Part shown: one piece after another, positions 29,225-41,826 of the stretch
Numbering within the stretch: the stretch's first letter is position 1
Layout of the letters: the number at the start of each line of letters is the position of its first letter
Assembly (NCBI GenBank): GCA_951406725.2
Contig: OX597821.1
Coordinates: 89,094,001 to 89,158,000, forward strand
Origin: Octopus vulgaris
Lineage: Eukaryota
Direction of reading: 5' to 3'
DNA length: 64,000 bases
Translations under genes and position numbers: made by a program
Notes under the pieces: model-generated
Told to the model about the DNA's origin: nothing
Databases searched by the model: none
Seen by the model: only the letters and a program-made list of their open reading frames with translations

Positions 29225-29789
29225 CCTAAACGCTTTGCAACGTTTGTTTTGAAAGTAGTGGTTTTCTGATTGCAGCTCTCCCGTGAAATCCGGATTTGTG
29301 CAACTCCCGGCGAACAGTTTTTGTAGAAACTGACTTCTCCAGGTGGTCATGAAGATCTGCAGTAATTTGAGGAGCTATACTTTTGTGATCCATTCTAACA
29401 ATTCGCGTGAGAGTTTTCTTCCGGAGTTTTGTTTCTACGAGGAGGTTTTATCATCTTTTTCGAAGACTGTCATTACTTTCGAGACAGAACTTCTTGATAC
29501 ACAAAACATTTCGGCTGTTTTCGTTACGCTAGCGCCTGCCATATGTGCACCCACAATTTGACTTCTTTGAAAGTCCGATAGATCTGTCATTTTAATGAAT
29601 TTTAATTACCTTTTTCTGCTGATATCTTAAAAGAAACAGCAGTTTTAGCAATTTTATTATTAAGCAACACCAATACTAAATGAATAAAAAAAACATTAAA
29701 ATAAACAAGCTTTTGACGGTTTTATACACAATTCAAAATTATGAAGCTATGTTGCTTGGTGTTTCCGTGATTTTGTCCAACCCATGTAC
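29225..29789 (-). mobile_element. Tc1-like transposon 5' half (TIR + HTH region)
   Basis: TIR-like TACATGGGTTGGACAAAATCACGGAAACACC at 29789-29759; ATG at 29590 gives MTDLSDFQRSQIVGAHMAGASVTKTAEMF...SVSTKTVRRELHKSGFHGRAAIRKPLLSK. Confidence 0.85.
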
Positions 29790-29989
29790 ATATAATAGAA
29801 ATCAAAGAGACTGGACTTGTGGGGAAAAGTAACTGGTAAGTGTGTGTCAATATGTATACATACACATGCACGTACATGTACACATATATACGGAGATAAA
29901 TATATACTATATCTGTGTGCATGTTGGTATGTATGCATGTAGGTATATTTTTGTATATATATATACTGAGGTGAGTTTCCGATGTTTAC

Positions 29990-30500
29990 ATCAATGCAAC
30001 AGTTCAAGGCTGAGATGAAAGGAAATAAAGTACTAATACAGAAGTACTTCACTTCGCCCAAAACAGAGCAACTGATTGCAACTGACAGGGAATTTAAAGC
30101 AACGTAAGTAAAGATGGGCAAAAAGTAGGAGACATTGATTTAAATCCAACGGTAACATGCAGTAACATTCCGAGTTTGCATATGATACGGTGTTCCTTAC
30201 TCTTCCTCAAATATCCCTATACATTGCATCTAAAGATGTCAAACATTGCAGCCAGTACTGGTGAGGCAGTTGCGTTGACGTGGATGGCAACGTGTTCCAC
30301 TGGTTTACATAGAAGAATGTAAGTGATGCGATATGCAAAGGAAATATTGTAAGTTATGCGGTATACGATGTTAGAAATATGGTAGAATACGGCTTAGACA
30401 TGCTAGTGATGTAGAGGCAGATGCTGAGTCAACCGTGTGCAAATTAAAAATGTCAGGGGCTTTTGTGGGTGTGAGGATGAGACTGTCAAATTCTGAGTGA
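29990..30500 (-). mobile_element. Decayed LINE 3' fragment (CR1/Jockey-like)
   Basis: Minus strand WNTLPST motif near 30300; otherwise eroded. Confidence 0.4.
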
Positions 30501-30710
30501 GAGGTTACATAAATATTCAAAGAAACACACAGTTCAAGTCACACACTCATGTAGACACACGCATGTTCGTATGTAAGTATAAGTGCATGCGCACGAATAT
30601 TTGTATACCTTTGTGTTTGTGTACAAAGGTGTACAAATATATATATATATATAAATAAATATATATAAATAAATAAATATATATAAATAAATATATATAT
30701 AAATAAATAA

Positions 30711-30776
<66 letters not shown>

Positions 30777-30967
30777 CCCTGTTTGAGTTGACTTTGTTAT
30801 TGTAATTTATACGACACGATACCTATAAAAACTAGCTGAGCGAGATTCCACTTATGCGGATACTTTTACAAATATTTGGAGTGGATTCTTATGGTTGACT
30901 CGAATCGGAAATTCCGGTAGCGAACATCGATTCTTAGTGTGACACAATATATATATATAATGTGTGT

Positions 30968-31015
<48 letters not shown>

Positions 31016-31298
31016 AAGAGAGAAAGAGAGAACGAAAAAGTGAATTTTCGAGAATTATTTTTTTTTTGAGATTGTATTCCCCACTCATTTAGAATTGGTA
31101 CTATCTACCAGCAAGTGATTTGTCTATGATTTCTGCAAGAGTAGTTCATTTTACTAAATCAAGACTTCATTTTATATGTAACTTATTCATCTTTCAGATA
31201 CATACATTTTCCCATTCTGAGTTATCTCCCTTAGCTCACACTCGTTTCACTTAAACGAATAACACTGGTCTTTATAATGTGCTCTCCACTTTTTGAAC

Positions 31299-31377
<79 letters not shown>

Positions 31378-31379
<2 letters not shown>

Positions 31380-31548
31380 CGCAGGAGTAGCTGTGTGGTA
31401 AGTAGCTTGCTTATGAACTACATGGTTCCGGGTTCAGTCCCACTGCGTGGCATCTTGGGCAAATGTCTTCTACTATAGCCTCGGGTCGACCAAAGCCTTG
31501 TGAGTGTATTTGGTAGAGGGAAACTGAAAGAAGCCCGTCGTATGTATG

Positions 31549-31609
<61 letters not shown>

Positions 31610-31846
31610 TTGTTTGTGTGTCTGTGTTTGTCCCTCTAGCATTGCTTGACAACCGATGCTGGTGTGTTTACGTCCCCGTCACTTAGCGGTTCGGCAAAAG
31701 AGACCGATAGAATAAGTACTAGGCTTACAAAGAATAAGTATCGGGGTCGATTTGCTCGACCAAAGGCGGTGCTCCAGCATGGCCGCAGTCAAATAACTGA
31801 AACAAGTAAAAGTAAAAGTTAAAGTAAAGTAAAAGTAAAGTAAAGT
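31378..31846 (+). mobile_element. SINE family B, full length, with internal (TA)n and (AGTAA)n tail
   Basis: GGCGCAGGAGTAGCTGTGTGGTAAG A box, GGTTCAGTCCC B box; homologous to 54198-54591. Confidence 0.9.
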
Positions 31847-32760
31847 ATATATATATGTATGTATGCCTGTTGAGAAAGTAATATATCTCCAGGGCTGTTC
31901 TGTTATCATTGCACAAACAGACATTATTCTTCTGAATGACATTTCGATTTTATAGCGTTCTTGATTCTTAAGAGTAGATTCCCCTCTCATTTGGTCTTTG
32001 TACTAATTGCCAGCAAATAATTAGTTTGCTATTTTATTCGTCGGATTTCCATACCCATGCAACTGGCCACTTATACGTAATTCTTTTAACTCGGGGTTGT
32101 TTCATTTTATTGAAAATATTAAAGCCATTTGATAAAAGCAATGCACAATTGCTATGCTAATGACGCGTTTTGAGGCTGAAAAACCTTTCCACAGTTATTC
32201 TGTTTTCCGGCCACCGGTCTCTGATTGTCTTAAAGCCGTATTAATTTTGTAGAATTTGTTTCTTGGAAATTATGCTGCTACAAGTTGTCAGTAAGTGATT
32301 GGTTTACGCTCTCTGGAAATATAGAAATTTTCTTAAAATATAAATTTACCCTGCTTGTAATCCATTTTACACTTTTCGATATTGACATATACGTTTACAT
32401 AAGTATGCGCGTATGTATGTAGGTATGTACGAAAGAGAAGGCGACTAATAGATAAAGAGATGAATAGATCTTCATATATTATACTGGACAAATGACTGCC
32501 TTAATCATATGGACATCTTTGTAACATAGGTCTAATGGAAAAGCGCTGGCCTAGGGATAAACATTAAGAGCAACAATAAAATATGCTTTTACTGCATTCA
32601 CTTACATTTGTATTTATATTTTCTTTTGTACGTTTTACGTTTCATTTGGATCAGTAAAATTATTACAAAATCTACAGCGATTTATTTACATATAAGCATA
32701 CACACGTATATATATATACATACATACACAAACACACGCACGTACACACACACACACACA

Positions 32761-32835
<75 letters not shown>

Positions 32836-32841
32836 GTATTA

Positions 32842-33074
32842 AGGCGGCGAGCTGGCAGAATCGTTAGCACGCCGGGCGAAATGCGTAGCCGTATTTCGTC
32901 TGCCGTTACGTGTTCTGGGTTCAAATTCCGCCGTGGTCGACTTTGCCTTTCATCCTTTCAGGGTCGATAAAATAAGTACCAGTTACGTTCTGGGGTCGAT
33001 GTAATCGATTTAATCCCTTTGTCTGTCCTTGTTTGTCCCCTCTATGTTTAGCCCCTTGTGGGTAGTAAAGAAAT
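32842..33074 (+). mobile_element. SINE family C (Meta-domain-like), full length
   Basis: AGGCGGCGAGCTGGCAGAATCG A box, GGTTCAAATTCC B box, GTCGACTTTGCCTTTCATCCTTTC..GTCGATAAAATAAGTACC central domain. Confidence 0.9.
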
Positions 33075-33539
33075 ATATATATATACGTATACATGTATTA
33101 TATATTATACACACATGCATATATGTATTGCATATCATACATACACACACACATGCATATAAACATATATAAACACATTTGTGAGCGCATGTGTGTGTGA
33201 AGGAAAATGTGTATTGATTCAATGAATGAAATATGGTTTTGAAAAACTACACACTGTCAAACAAACTGTTAGATATCCAGATTGATTTTTGCAGTGGAAC
33301 TTTTCATACAGAACTAAGTCTAAATATGTCAGTGTTATGCTAGGAGAATAAATTGATGGCATAGAGTTCCATGATCTGATAGGGAGCAAGGTCATAACAA
33401 AATAAAAAAAGAAAACCTCTCATCAGATTGATATTCCGACAATGACAGATCAATTACGTAGCAAGGAGGGGCTCAAACACTTGATAAGAGAAGATAATAT
33501 AACCAGTGACATCATGTTCGCATTGTTGTTTACACACAG

Positions 33540-33806
33540 ATACTCACTTACACACACATACATATGCGTATGTACACACACGCGCTTACACACACACACA
33601 CACATACATATATGGACACACATATATATACATATAAATATATACACACAGATATATACACATATAATATATATACATACATATACATATATATGTATAC
33701 ATACATATATATACATATACATATATACATATATATGTATGTATACATATCTATTTATCCATCTATATATGTACATATATATATATACATATACATATAT
33801 ATGTAC

Positions 33807-33848
<42 letters not shown>

Positions 33849-33893
33849 TCACACACACACACACACATATATATATATTTATATTTATATTTA

Positions 33894-33940
<47 letters not shown>
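33540..33940. repeat. (CA)n/(TA)n/(TACA)n degenerate microsatellite
   Basis: Seen directly. Confidence 0.93.
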
Positions 33941-36900
33941 CTACATGTGCATAAACTAAAAATATTGAAAGAAAGAATATATTTTAAATTAATTTTGAAA
34001 AAATAAGAACAGAACTTTTATGAAATGTTTATGAGTGTTGTGATGATTTATAAGACGGGTCCTCTGATCTCTGGTAATGTGAAAACGTATCTCATTATCA
34101 TTGAAAATATGGATTTGTATCAGTCGAGACCGTGAGAGATATCACTAGAATGAATTTGCTGACAGAATTAATAAGGAAACTCTACGCAATACGTCATTGT
34201 TATGCTATTCCTATGTTCTGCTATGTCATATTTTGTTCCGTTGTGTTAGTGGAAGGAATAAGCTATCTGAAACAACGGGAGGAAAGAGGTGGTGACAGCA
34301 AAACTAAGAATGGAAAAACTGATATGGAGTGAAAGAGAAAGAATGAATGCAGTGACTTTGCGATCCATCTGTAAAAGTTCGTATGATTTGACCAGTCTTC
34401 TAGTTTTCGAAAAATATTTAATGCATGGAAGAAACCTGAAAATATTTATTAAAGGTTTGCACATTTAAACACACATAGACAAATCCCATACTTCTGCACG
34501 TTCAGACGCAGAGGCATGTAAATGCACAACAGCCAGCTTTCACAAATGCTATAGAGAAAGCATTGAGTCAAGTTGTGTATGACTGCATTAGAAATAAGCA
34601 GAATCAATGTATGATTGGGTGGAACCTAAATGGATATTAAATCTCTAATATCCCTTAAACATCATTGAAAAATTTCGAAGCTGTGAACCTGTGTATGTGC
34701 ATAAAAGGCCTGGCCAAGCAGGACACAAAAGCTTTCCTGTCACAGCTGCTACCACTAGGACTGTAGGACCGCTTAAAATTTCTCCCTTCACTTAAAACTG
34801 AAAAAGAAAAAAAGAGAACAGCTGACGGTACAGCAACTACAATTCTGGACGTATTCTACTCTAGGTACATTTATGTGGTACTTCTTAAATTATCAAAGAT
34901 CAACTTCATTTTTAGTCAAAAACATTAATCATGACAGACTATTAGATATTCTATCATTCTGGTATTCTATAAATCGAAACACTTTTTCATTGTCAATCCG
35001 TAAAGCTTTGCTTTAGTATTCCTTCGAAATTTTTAGTAGATCAAATACATCAGGATACCGTTGATTGTTTCAAGAATCGAGAATGTAAGTTAGGTGATTT
35101 TTTGTGGGATACTTCCAGCTTCGAACATGTCTTTAATAAGAGCCCACTATTTTGCGATATTTCTTTAGTTTTTTCATCTCTAATGGGTTCCCATTTTTAC
35201 TTATTGTCCATCTCTTTTCCATCGACGAAAGACAAAAGTATAGTACGGCTGCTTCTAGATTTTATCCAGACTTCTACTAACAGAGGAGATACCGCGATTT
35301 CTATTTGCCTTAACTAGACATCTATCACTACTGTATGCAATACTATTGATGAAATTGGTAGATTTTCTTCTCTGATTATTCTCAGAATTACAATCAGGAT
35401 GATTTCTTGGAAATAGCGATGGCCTTTATCTATGAGATATAGTCGTCTAGCGCTTATCTCCAATTTTTGCTTTTGCCCCTCTGTGCAGAAGACTTTCAGG
35501 ATTCAACCCCTTACCTCACCATATATGAGAGATATTCCTGTTATTTTTCCAATTTTGTTGTCATCCTTATCATACATTTATGGGTTATAATTTTTGAACA
35601 ACCTTTTAAGCTTCGACTACTATTAGGAAATGGATTTCTGCGCAGATCCACCGATCTTACCGATCACTTCTAGGTGCACCACTTGCACATACTGTACCAT
35701 TATATAATGCCCAATCGTGGTTCAACGTCACTAGCAGTATGTCGAGCTATAACATTTGTAGTTATTTTTGAATATTTATTGAGTGCATCACTAGCTCGTA
35801 TCATTTTGTGTGGGCACCAGCACTACCTGTCTTCCTGCCTTATGCTGAGGCTTAAAATATGTCACATGCATCTATATACACTGCTCGGACAATGGTGCTC
35901 CCATCCAGCAGCCACAAAGTTCGTGATTTACTCCAGCAGCACTTTTGAAAGCATACATAAGGTCCGTAGTTTTATGTTCATTTCGTAAATCGTAGATCAT
36001 ATATCGTTCGGCAAGCAGGTACTGCATTTTTTGCCTCATGTTATCCCGTTTCCTTTCCCCTTACATCGAGTTGGCTTTTATCGAAGATTGTTTTGTGGCG
36101 TATAACGTTTGTACAGAACCAGTTACTCTTGCTAATACATTTGCCATTCTAACTTGAGTTTATATTTTCAGTTTTGAATGTTTTATTGCTTTGGTTACCT
36201 TTTTATGAAATTGCTCTTTTTTTCTATTTAGTTGTTACACTTTTTTGTGTGCGTGCGCCGATATCCGAAATATTGCTATATTAAACCGACAATAAACAAA
36301 GCAAAATTGTTGCCAGCAAAAATATTGATATGTACAAATTCCTATGAATGAATTTTCTGGGGAGGAGATTGAAATATTCGAAACCGTTTTGTTCGTCATG
36401 AAAACCTGAAGAAATATATTTCTGAGAAACGTGATCGTTGAAACAACAAAAGTAATAATGATATTAACAGCAACAATAACAAACATAACAATAGAAATTA
36501 AATGGATAAATAAATGTTTGAATTATTAACTAAGTAAATAAATCATATTTAATTAAAGACAAATATCTTTGAAAATTTAATTAACATATTTCTAAAATTT
36601 ATCAAAGAGTTATATTTGGAAAGGATTTTATAGGTAAACAGCGAAAAAACATAAAAAATGAAGTGAAAATGTTTTAATTGAAAACGGCAAAACACAAGAC
36701 ATACACGAAAAAGTAAAAGAAAAACAAAACAAACAACAACTGAATATATAGAAATACGTAAGTAAATATATCAGAGAAGAAAAGTGAAACAAATAAATTC
36801 ATTCGATAAAATATTTAATAATAACGTAAAAGCATTTTTTTGATAATTTTTTTAGGGTGTGTTGTAGGAAGGAGGATATTAATTGGTTTCTATTTACTGA

Positions 36901-37513
36901 TGCCAATGTTTAGAATTATCACATTGTGTATACAACAGATAAATTTATTTACATATGTGAGAGCAAATACGAGGAAATTTATTTGCATATATCTAATATC
37001 TATCAATTTATCTGACTCCCTACCTATCTGTACGCCTACTATTCTATCTATTTCTCTATGTTAATATATATATACATACATATATATCGTATTATATTAG
37101 TGAATGAGGACATTTTTATTTCTTTATTTCGTATTTGTTTATATCATTTTTTTTTTTTTCTTTTTTTTTTTTTTTTTGCTGAGACTTTGAAAAGAATTGC
37201 CTGCAGTGAACGACATTTACGATCTGATCTTCGTTCGTTAAACACTCTAATGTAATTAAGAATCATAGAGCAATTGAATGAAAAACAGTGTAAAGTGGGA
37301 CAGATTATCATGTAGAAAAAATGTCAGATTCTGGAAATGAATAATATCGCAGCATGCAAAAACATGTATCAACACAGACATGTGTATATACACATATGCG
37401 TATATTTTTTTTATATACATTTACATATTGATAATTGTTACATGCATTAAAATAGGAATATATACCTATCAACATATCGATGTATGGAAATGTATATTGC
37501 TAAGTTATACCTG

Positions 37514-37928
37514 AGATTTTTTCGGTTTGAACGTCAGTTTTTAAAAATAATTTCCACGTAACTAAACCCTTTTAAACTTCGTAGACTGGTAGAATGTGTT
37601 TATAAAACATCTTTTTCTCTTGGCTTTATTGAAAAAAATTCTATTGTTTGTAAGATATTTGTTGTTTTTTTCTTCAATTTCTGCAATTTCAACCAATCAA
37701 TGACGTCTATTGAGGTGAAAACATTCTGTGCCGTATGAATATGTGCCTCGTTTAAGAAACAGATTGGGTTTATTTACATTTCTGAAGAAAAAAAGATACT
37801 CTTCCCCCCACCTCTAACTCTAACCCTAAAACATAGAAGTGCAATAGATCGTTACTAGGGTCATAATTATGGGTGACAATTTCATATGACACCGCTAGAA
37901 AAAACTGCCGTTCAAACCGAAAAGATCC
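37514..37928 (-). mobile_element. MITE, ~29-bp TIRs, 8-bp TSD (copy 1)
   Basis: TIR (G/A)GATCTTTTCGGTTTGAACGGCAGTTTTT; TSD TATACCTG/TATACCCG. Confidence 0.88.
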
Positions 37929-38021
37929 TATACCCGTTTTTATGTATATGTGCAATACTTTCTTACAGTGTATGTATTTAGGTTTTTTTTTAAACTAAGC
38001 TCATTAACGCATTAATTTCAA

Positions 38022-38217
38022 AGTTTGGCACAAGGCCAGCCATTTCAGCGGGAGTGTGGGAGTCGATTATATCGATCAGAGTGTTTAACTGTTTTATCGA
38101 CCCTGAAAGGATGAATGGTAAAAAATTGAGCTCGATAGAAGTTGAAATCAGAACTTAAAGACGGATGAAGTGATTCTAAGCATTTTGCCTGGCGTACGAG
38201 CGAGTCTACCAGCTTGC
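38022..38217 (-). mobile_element. SINE family C, degraded
   Basis: TTTGGCACAAGGCCAGC tail, ATCGACCCTGAAAGGATGAA centre. Confidence 0.75.
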
Positions 38218-38564
38218 TAATCATATCAATATTCGCCTTCCAATATTAGCGTGGCCTCTTGTATAGCACCTAATCCTGATCTTTTACCAACTTTACTGTG
38301 TGACCTTTTATCTTTAAATCAGAGCACTCCACTTCTAGTAATGCTTGTCTAGTTGTCCCTCTTGTCCTGTGTATCTTCTACAAAAGGCACATTGTAAAAT
38401 TTGAACAATAAGCACATCACTTATATGCATCATACATATTATACGAGTGCAGTTATATTGCTTTTACACATGGATTGATGAATTTGATATGCAAATACGG
38501 CTAATTTGCATGTTGCTTGTGTGTTAACATTTCACTTCTCTTCAACATATGTAGAATACTTCTA

Positions 38565-38996
38565 AGATCCTTTCGATTTGAACGGCAGTTTTTTCTGGCG
38601 GTGTCATATGAAATTGTCACCCATAATTATGACCCTAGTATCGATCTATTGCATTTCAATCTGTTTTAGGGTTAAGGTTAGAGTTAGGGTTAGGGTTAGG
38701 GGTGGGGAGAAGGGTATCTTTTTTTTCAGAAATGTATATAAACCCAATCTGTTTCTTAAACGAGGCACATATTCATACGGCACAGAATGTTTTCACCTCA
38801 ATAGACGTCATTGATTGGTTGAAATTGCAGAAATTTAAGAAAAAAACAACAAATATCTTACAAACTATAGAATTTTCTCAATAAAGCCTAAAGAAAAAGA
38901 TGTTTTATAAACACATTCTACCAGTATGCGAAGTTTAAAAGTGTTTAGTTACGTGGCAATTATTTTAAAAAACTGCCGTTCAAACCGAAAAGATCC
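38565..38996 (+). mobile_element. MITE copy 2, opposite orientation, with internal TTAGGG-like array
   Basis: Same TIRs; perfect TSD TACTTCTA at 38557-64 and 38997-39004; TTAGGGTTAAGGTTAGAGTTAGGGTTAGGGTTAGGG at ~38666-38701. Confidence 0.9.
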
Positions 38997-40409
38997 TACT
39001 TCTATATCAAGTGTACATGTTCACTGTTTTATCCTTTGTACTTTATCGTCGAGAGCTGCAGCCTGGTGGAATGTTTCATTCAGAGATGTTAATGACAAGA
39101 CAATGCTACACCTGTTACTAAATCAATGATAAAATGTACGTAGCTTTTCTTCCATATATGTGATTACAAGTTCTTGTAGGTCTTTGTTAATAGTGGTACC
39201 TGGCTGCATGATAGAAAATTCTGTTACACAACAGACGCTTGTTCCATTATGATAACTCACCAGTTTTCATGTTATACAAAAATTCAGTACAAAAATATAT
39301 CAAAGAAATATAAAAATTTGAAAACTTGCGTCTACACACGATAGAAAAAGACAACAACACAGAATATAATACGCAACTTTGACAAAATTAGACTATTCGT
39401 GCTATGATTTACATTGACGAATGATACAATAGATTTGGAAAAAGTCGTACATTTTATATCAGAATAGTAAATTTTAGTTGGATTCGAGCTGCCATGCTAT
39501 GCTTTATATTGAATAATTACTTCAACGAAGAAAAGAGAAAAAGGAACATTTCCTACTAAACAATAGGAAAAGAAAGATGATATGCCACAAATAATACAAT
39601 ACTGACAGGAAAAATGTCTTAATATGAATCATGAATATTATGTACGAAAACTTACGTTCCAATTTTACAACGAGACAACTATCGTTTCTGTATGTGGGTT
39701 ATGACCTGGCTGCGTGGTACAATAAGTCTTCTGTAAAGCAAATATTGATATCGACAAATTCAAACGAACTCTTGCTCGTTTGTATAAACTTCCTCGATGA
39801 AAAATATTCAAATGCCGCTAAAAGAGTCCGGCTTTGTGGACGAAGGTATCTCTTGACCGAACTACCAGCTCATTTCATTTTCCTACACACCTATGATGAT
39901 ACGTAACTCTGAATAAATTTTATTAATTCATTGTTCGATGACTTATTTTGTGATATATAAGGAGATTAAAACATAATTCTGTATATAATGGAAAAAAGAA
40001 AGAAGAGAAAATAGCAGTTGTGGTAACTGAAACGTAGACTAAATTCCAATATTCACACTATGGTGTAGATTGAGGTTTAATTCAAAGATTGGGAATAAAA
40101 AAATATTATTTTCGTGAATACAATACAAAATACTACACTAGAACAGAACTCCAACTTTCGTACTATGCATGACGTTGAACAATAAATACATGTTTCTACT
40201 CTGAAAAAGATAAAAAGGTGAACTTTACTCAAAAAACAGTAGGAAACGGAAGATAATATGTCTTGCAATTATCTTCCTACACTACATAAATCATCGGAAG
40301 ACTCAAAGATTGATAGCAATTTCTATCAAGAGTTCAACGTCCGAAGACATTAATATTACGATGATGTTTATATGGTTAATGCTACATTGATATTATTAAT
40401 ATTAGTTTC

Positions 40410-41372
40410 ACATTTTGGCACAAGACCAGCAATATTGGAGGAAGGTATTAGTCGAATACCTGTACTTATCTTATCAACCACAGAGCTCAATTAGTACTTA
40501 TTTCATCAACCCCGATATAATGAACGGCAAAGTTGACCGTGGCAGCATTTGAACTCAGAAGGTAAAGATCAATGAAAATCGGCGAAGCATTTTTGCCGCA
40601 GTGTGCTCGCGAGTCTGCCAGTGCGCTGCTTTTATTGATGCTGTTAATACTAGGTCAATGTAAGGCAGCAAGCAGGCAGAACATTAGCATGCCCGGTAAA
40701 ATGCTTAGCGGCATTTCGTCTGTCTTTACGTTCTGAGTTCAAATTCCGCCCAGCTCTACTGTGTCTTTCATCCTATCGGGAGTCGATAAAATAAGTACCA
40801 GTTGAACACTGAGGTTGATGTAATCGACCTACTCCATCTCCAGAAATTACTGGCCTAGTGCCGAAATTTGAAATCAATACTAGATCAATGTAGCACGCGA
40901 GGTATGAGGCTAAGCGGCATTTCGTTCGTCCTTATGTTCCGAGTTCAAATTCTGCCGAGATCGATTTTGCATTTCGTAGTTTTGTGGTCTGTAAAATATG
41001 TGCCAGTTGAGCACTGGGCTCAACTTACTCTCTACCCAACTTACTCCCTACCCTCGAATTTGTGCCAAGATGTGAAACTAATACTAGATCAATGTTGTTG
41101 AAAAGAGATACTCTTTTCGAAAATATAAGGACAAAAATACCTATTTCTTTACTACCTACAAGGGGCTAAACACAGAGAGGACAAACAAGGAAAGACACAC
41201 AGATTAAGTCGATTATATCGACTCCAGTGCATAACTGGCACTTAATTTATCGACCCCGAAAGGATGAAAGGCAAAGTCGACCTCGGTGGAATTTGAACTG
41301 AGAGCGTAACGGCAGACGAAATACTGTCACGCATTTCGCCCGGCCTGCTAACGTTTCTGCCAGCTCAACGCC
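40410..41372. mobile_element. Cluster of four family C SINEs (-, +, +, -)
   Basis: Copies at ~40410-40630(-), 40663-40870(+), 40890-41075(+), 41140-41372(-). Confidence 0.85.
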
Positions 41373-41394
41373 TTATAAGGGCATATAGATATTG

Positions 41395-41478
41395 TCGGCC
41401 TCTAAGCAGACCTTTTGCGATACGCTTAAAGCCAGGAACTTTTCAGCCCCCCCCCCCCCTCGTGTATATGTATATGTA

Positions 41479-41521
<43 letters not shown>

Positions 41522-41826
41522 GCATTTCAATACTAACAGACCAATGTATATAGATATGTATATATACACATATACATAGATTCATATATATATATATATA
41601 TATATAGCTATAGGTATGTATGTGTGTGTGTGTGTGGCTTGGGGTAAAAGAAAATACAGGAATATAGTTGATTATAGTTGTATTGAACATATTCCACTCT
41701 CAAAGTCACATATTGCAGCGCTCCTTCACTTTTTTAAGCGTTGTAAAACGCTGAGAAGTTTAGGCCTCCAAGCAGGCCTTTCGCGGTACGCATTTAGGCA
41801 GGAACTTTTCAGCACCCCCTCGTGTA
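41395..41826. mobile_element. Two mariner-like TIR ends in direct orientation (third, inverted copy at ~43219-43246)
   Basis: AGGAACTTTTCAGC(A/C)CCCCCTCGTG|TA at ~41435-41466 and ~41799-41826. Confidence 0.6.

Noticed and set aside
36407-36440. CTGAAGA...GAAACG hammerhead-like spacing
   Set aside because: Stem I and the stem II closing pair do not form
38666-38701. Interstitial telomere as a chromosome fusion scar
   Set aside because: Lies inside a TSD-flanked MITE and is also present, shorter, in the second copy
39597-39618. Resemblance to miR-8 (AATACTG seed)
   Set aside because: Four differences from the conserved mature sequence and no proper precursor hairpin
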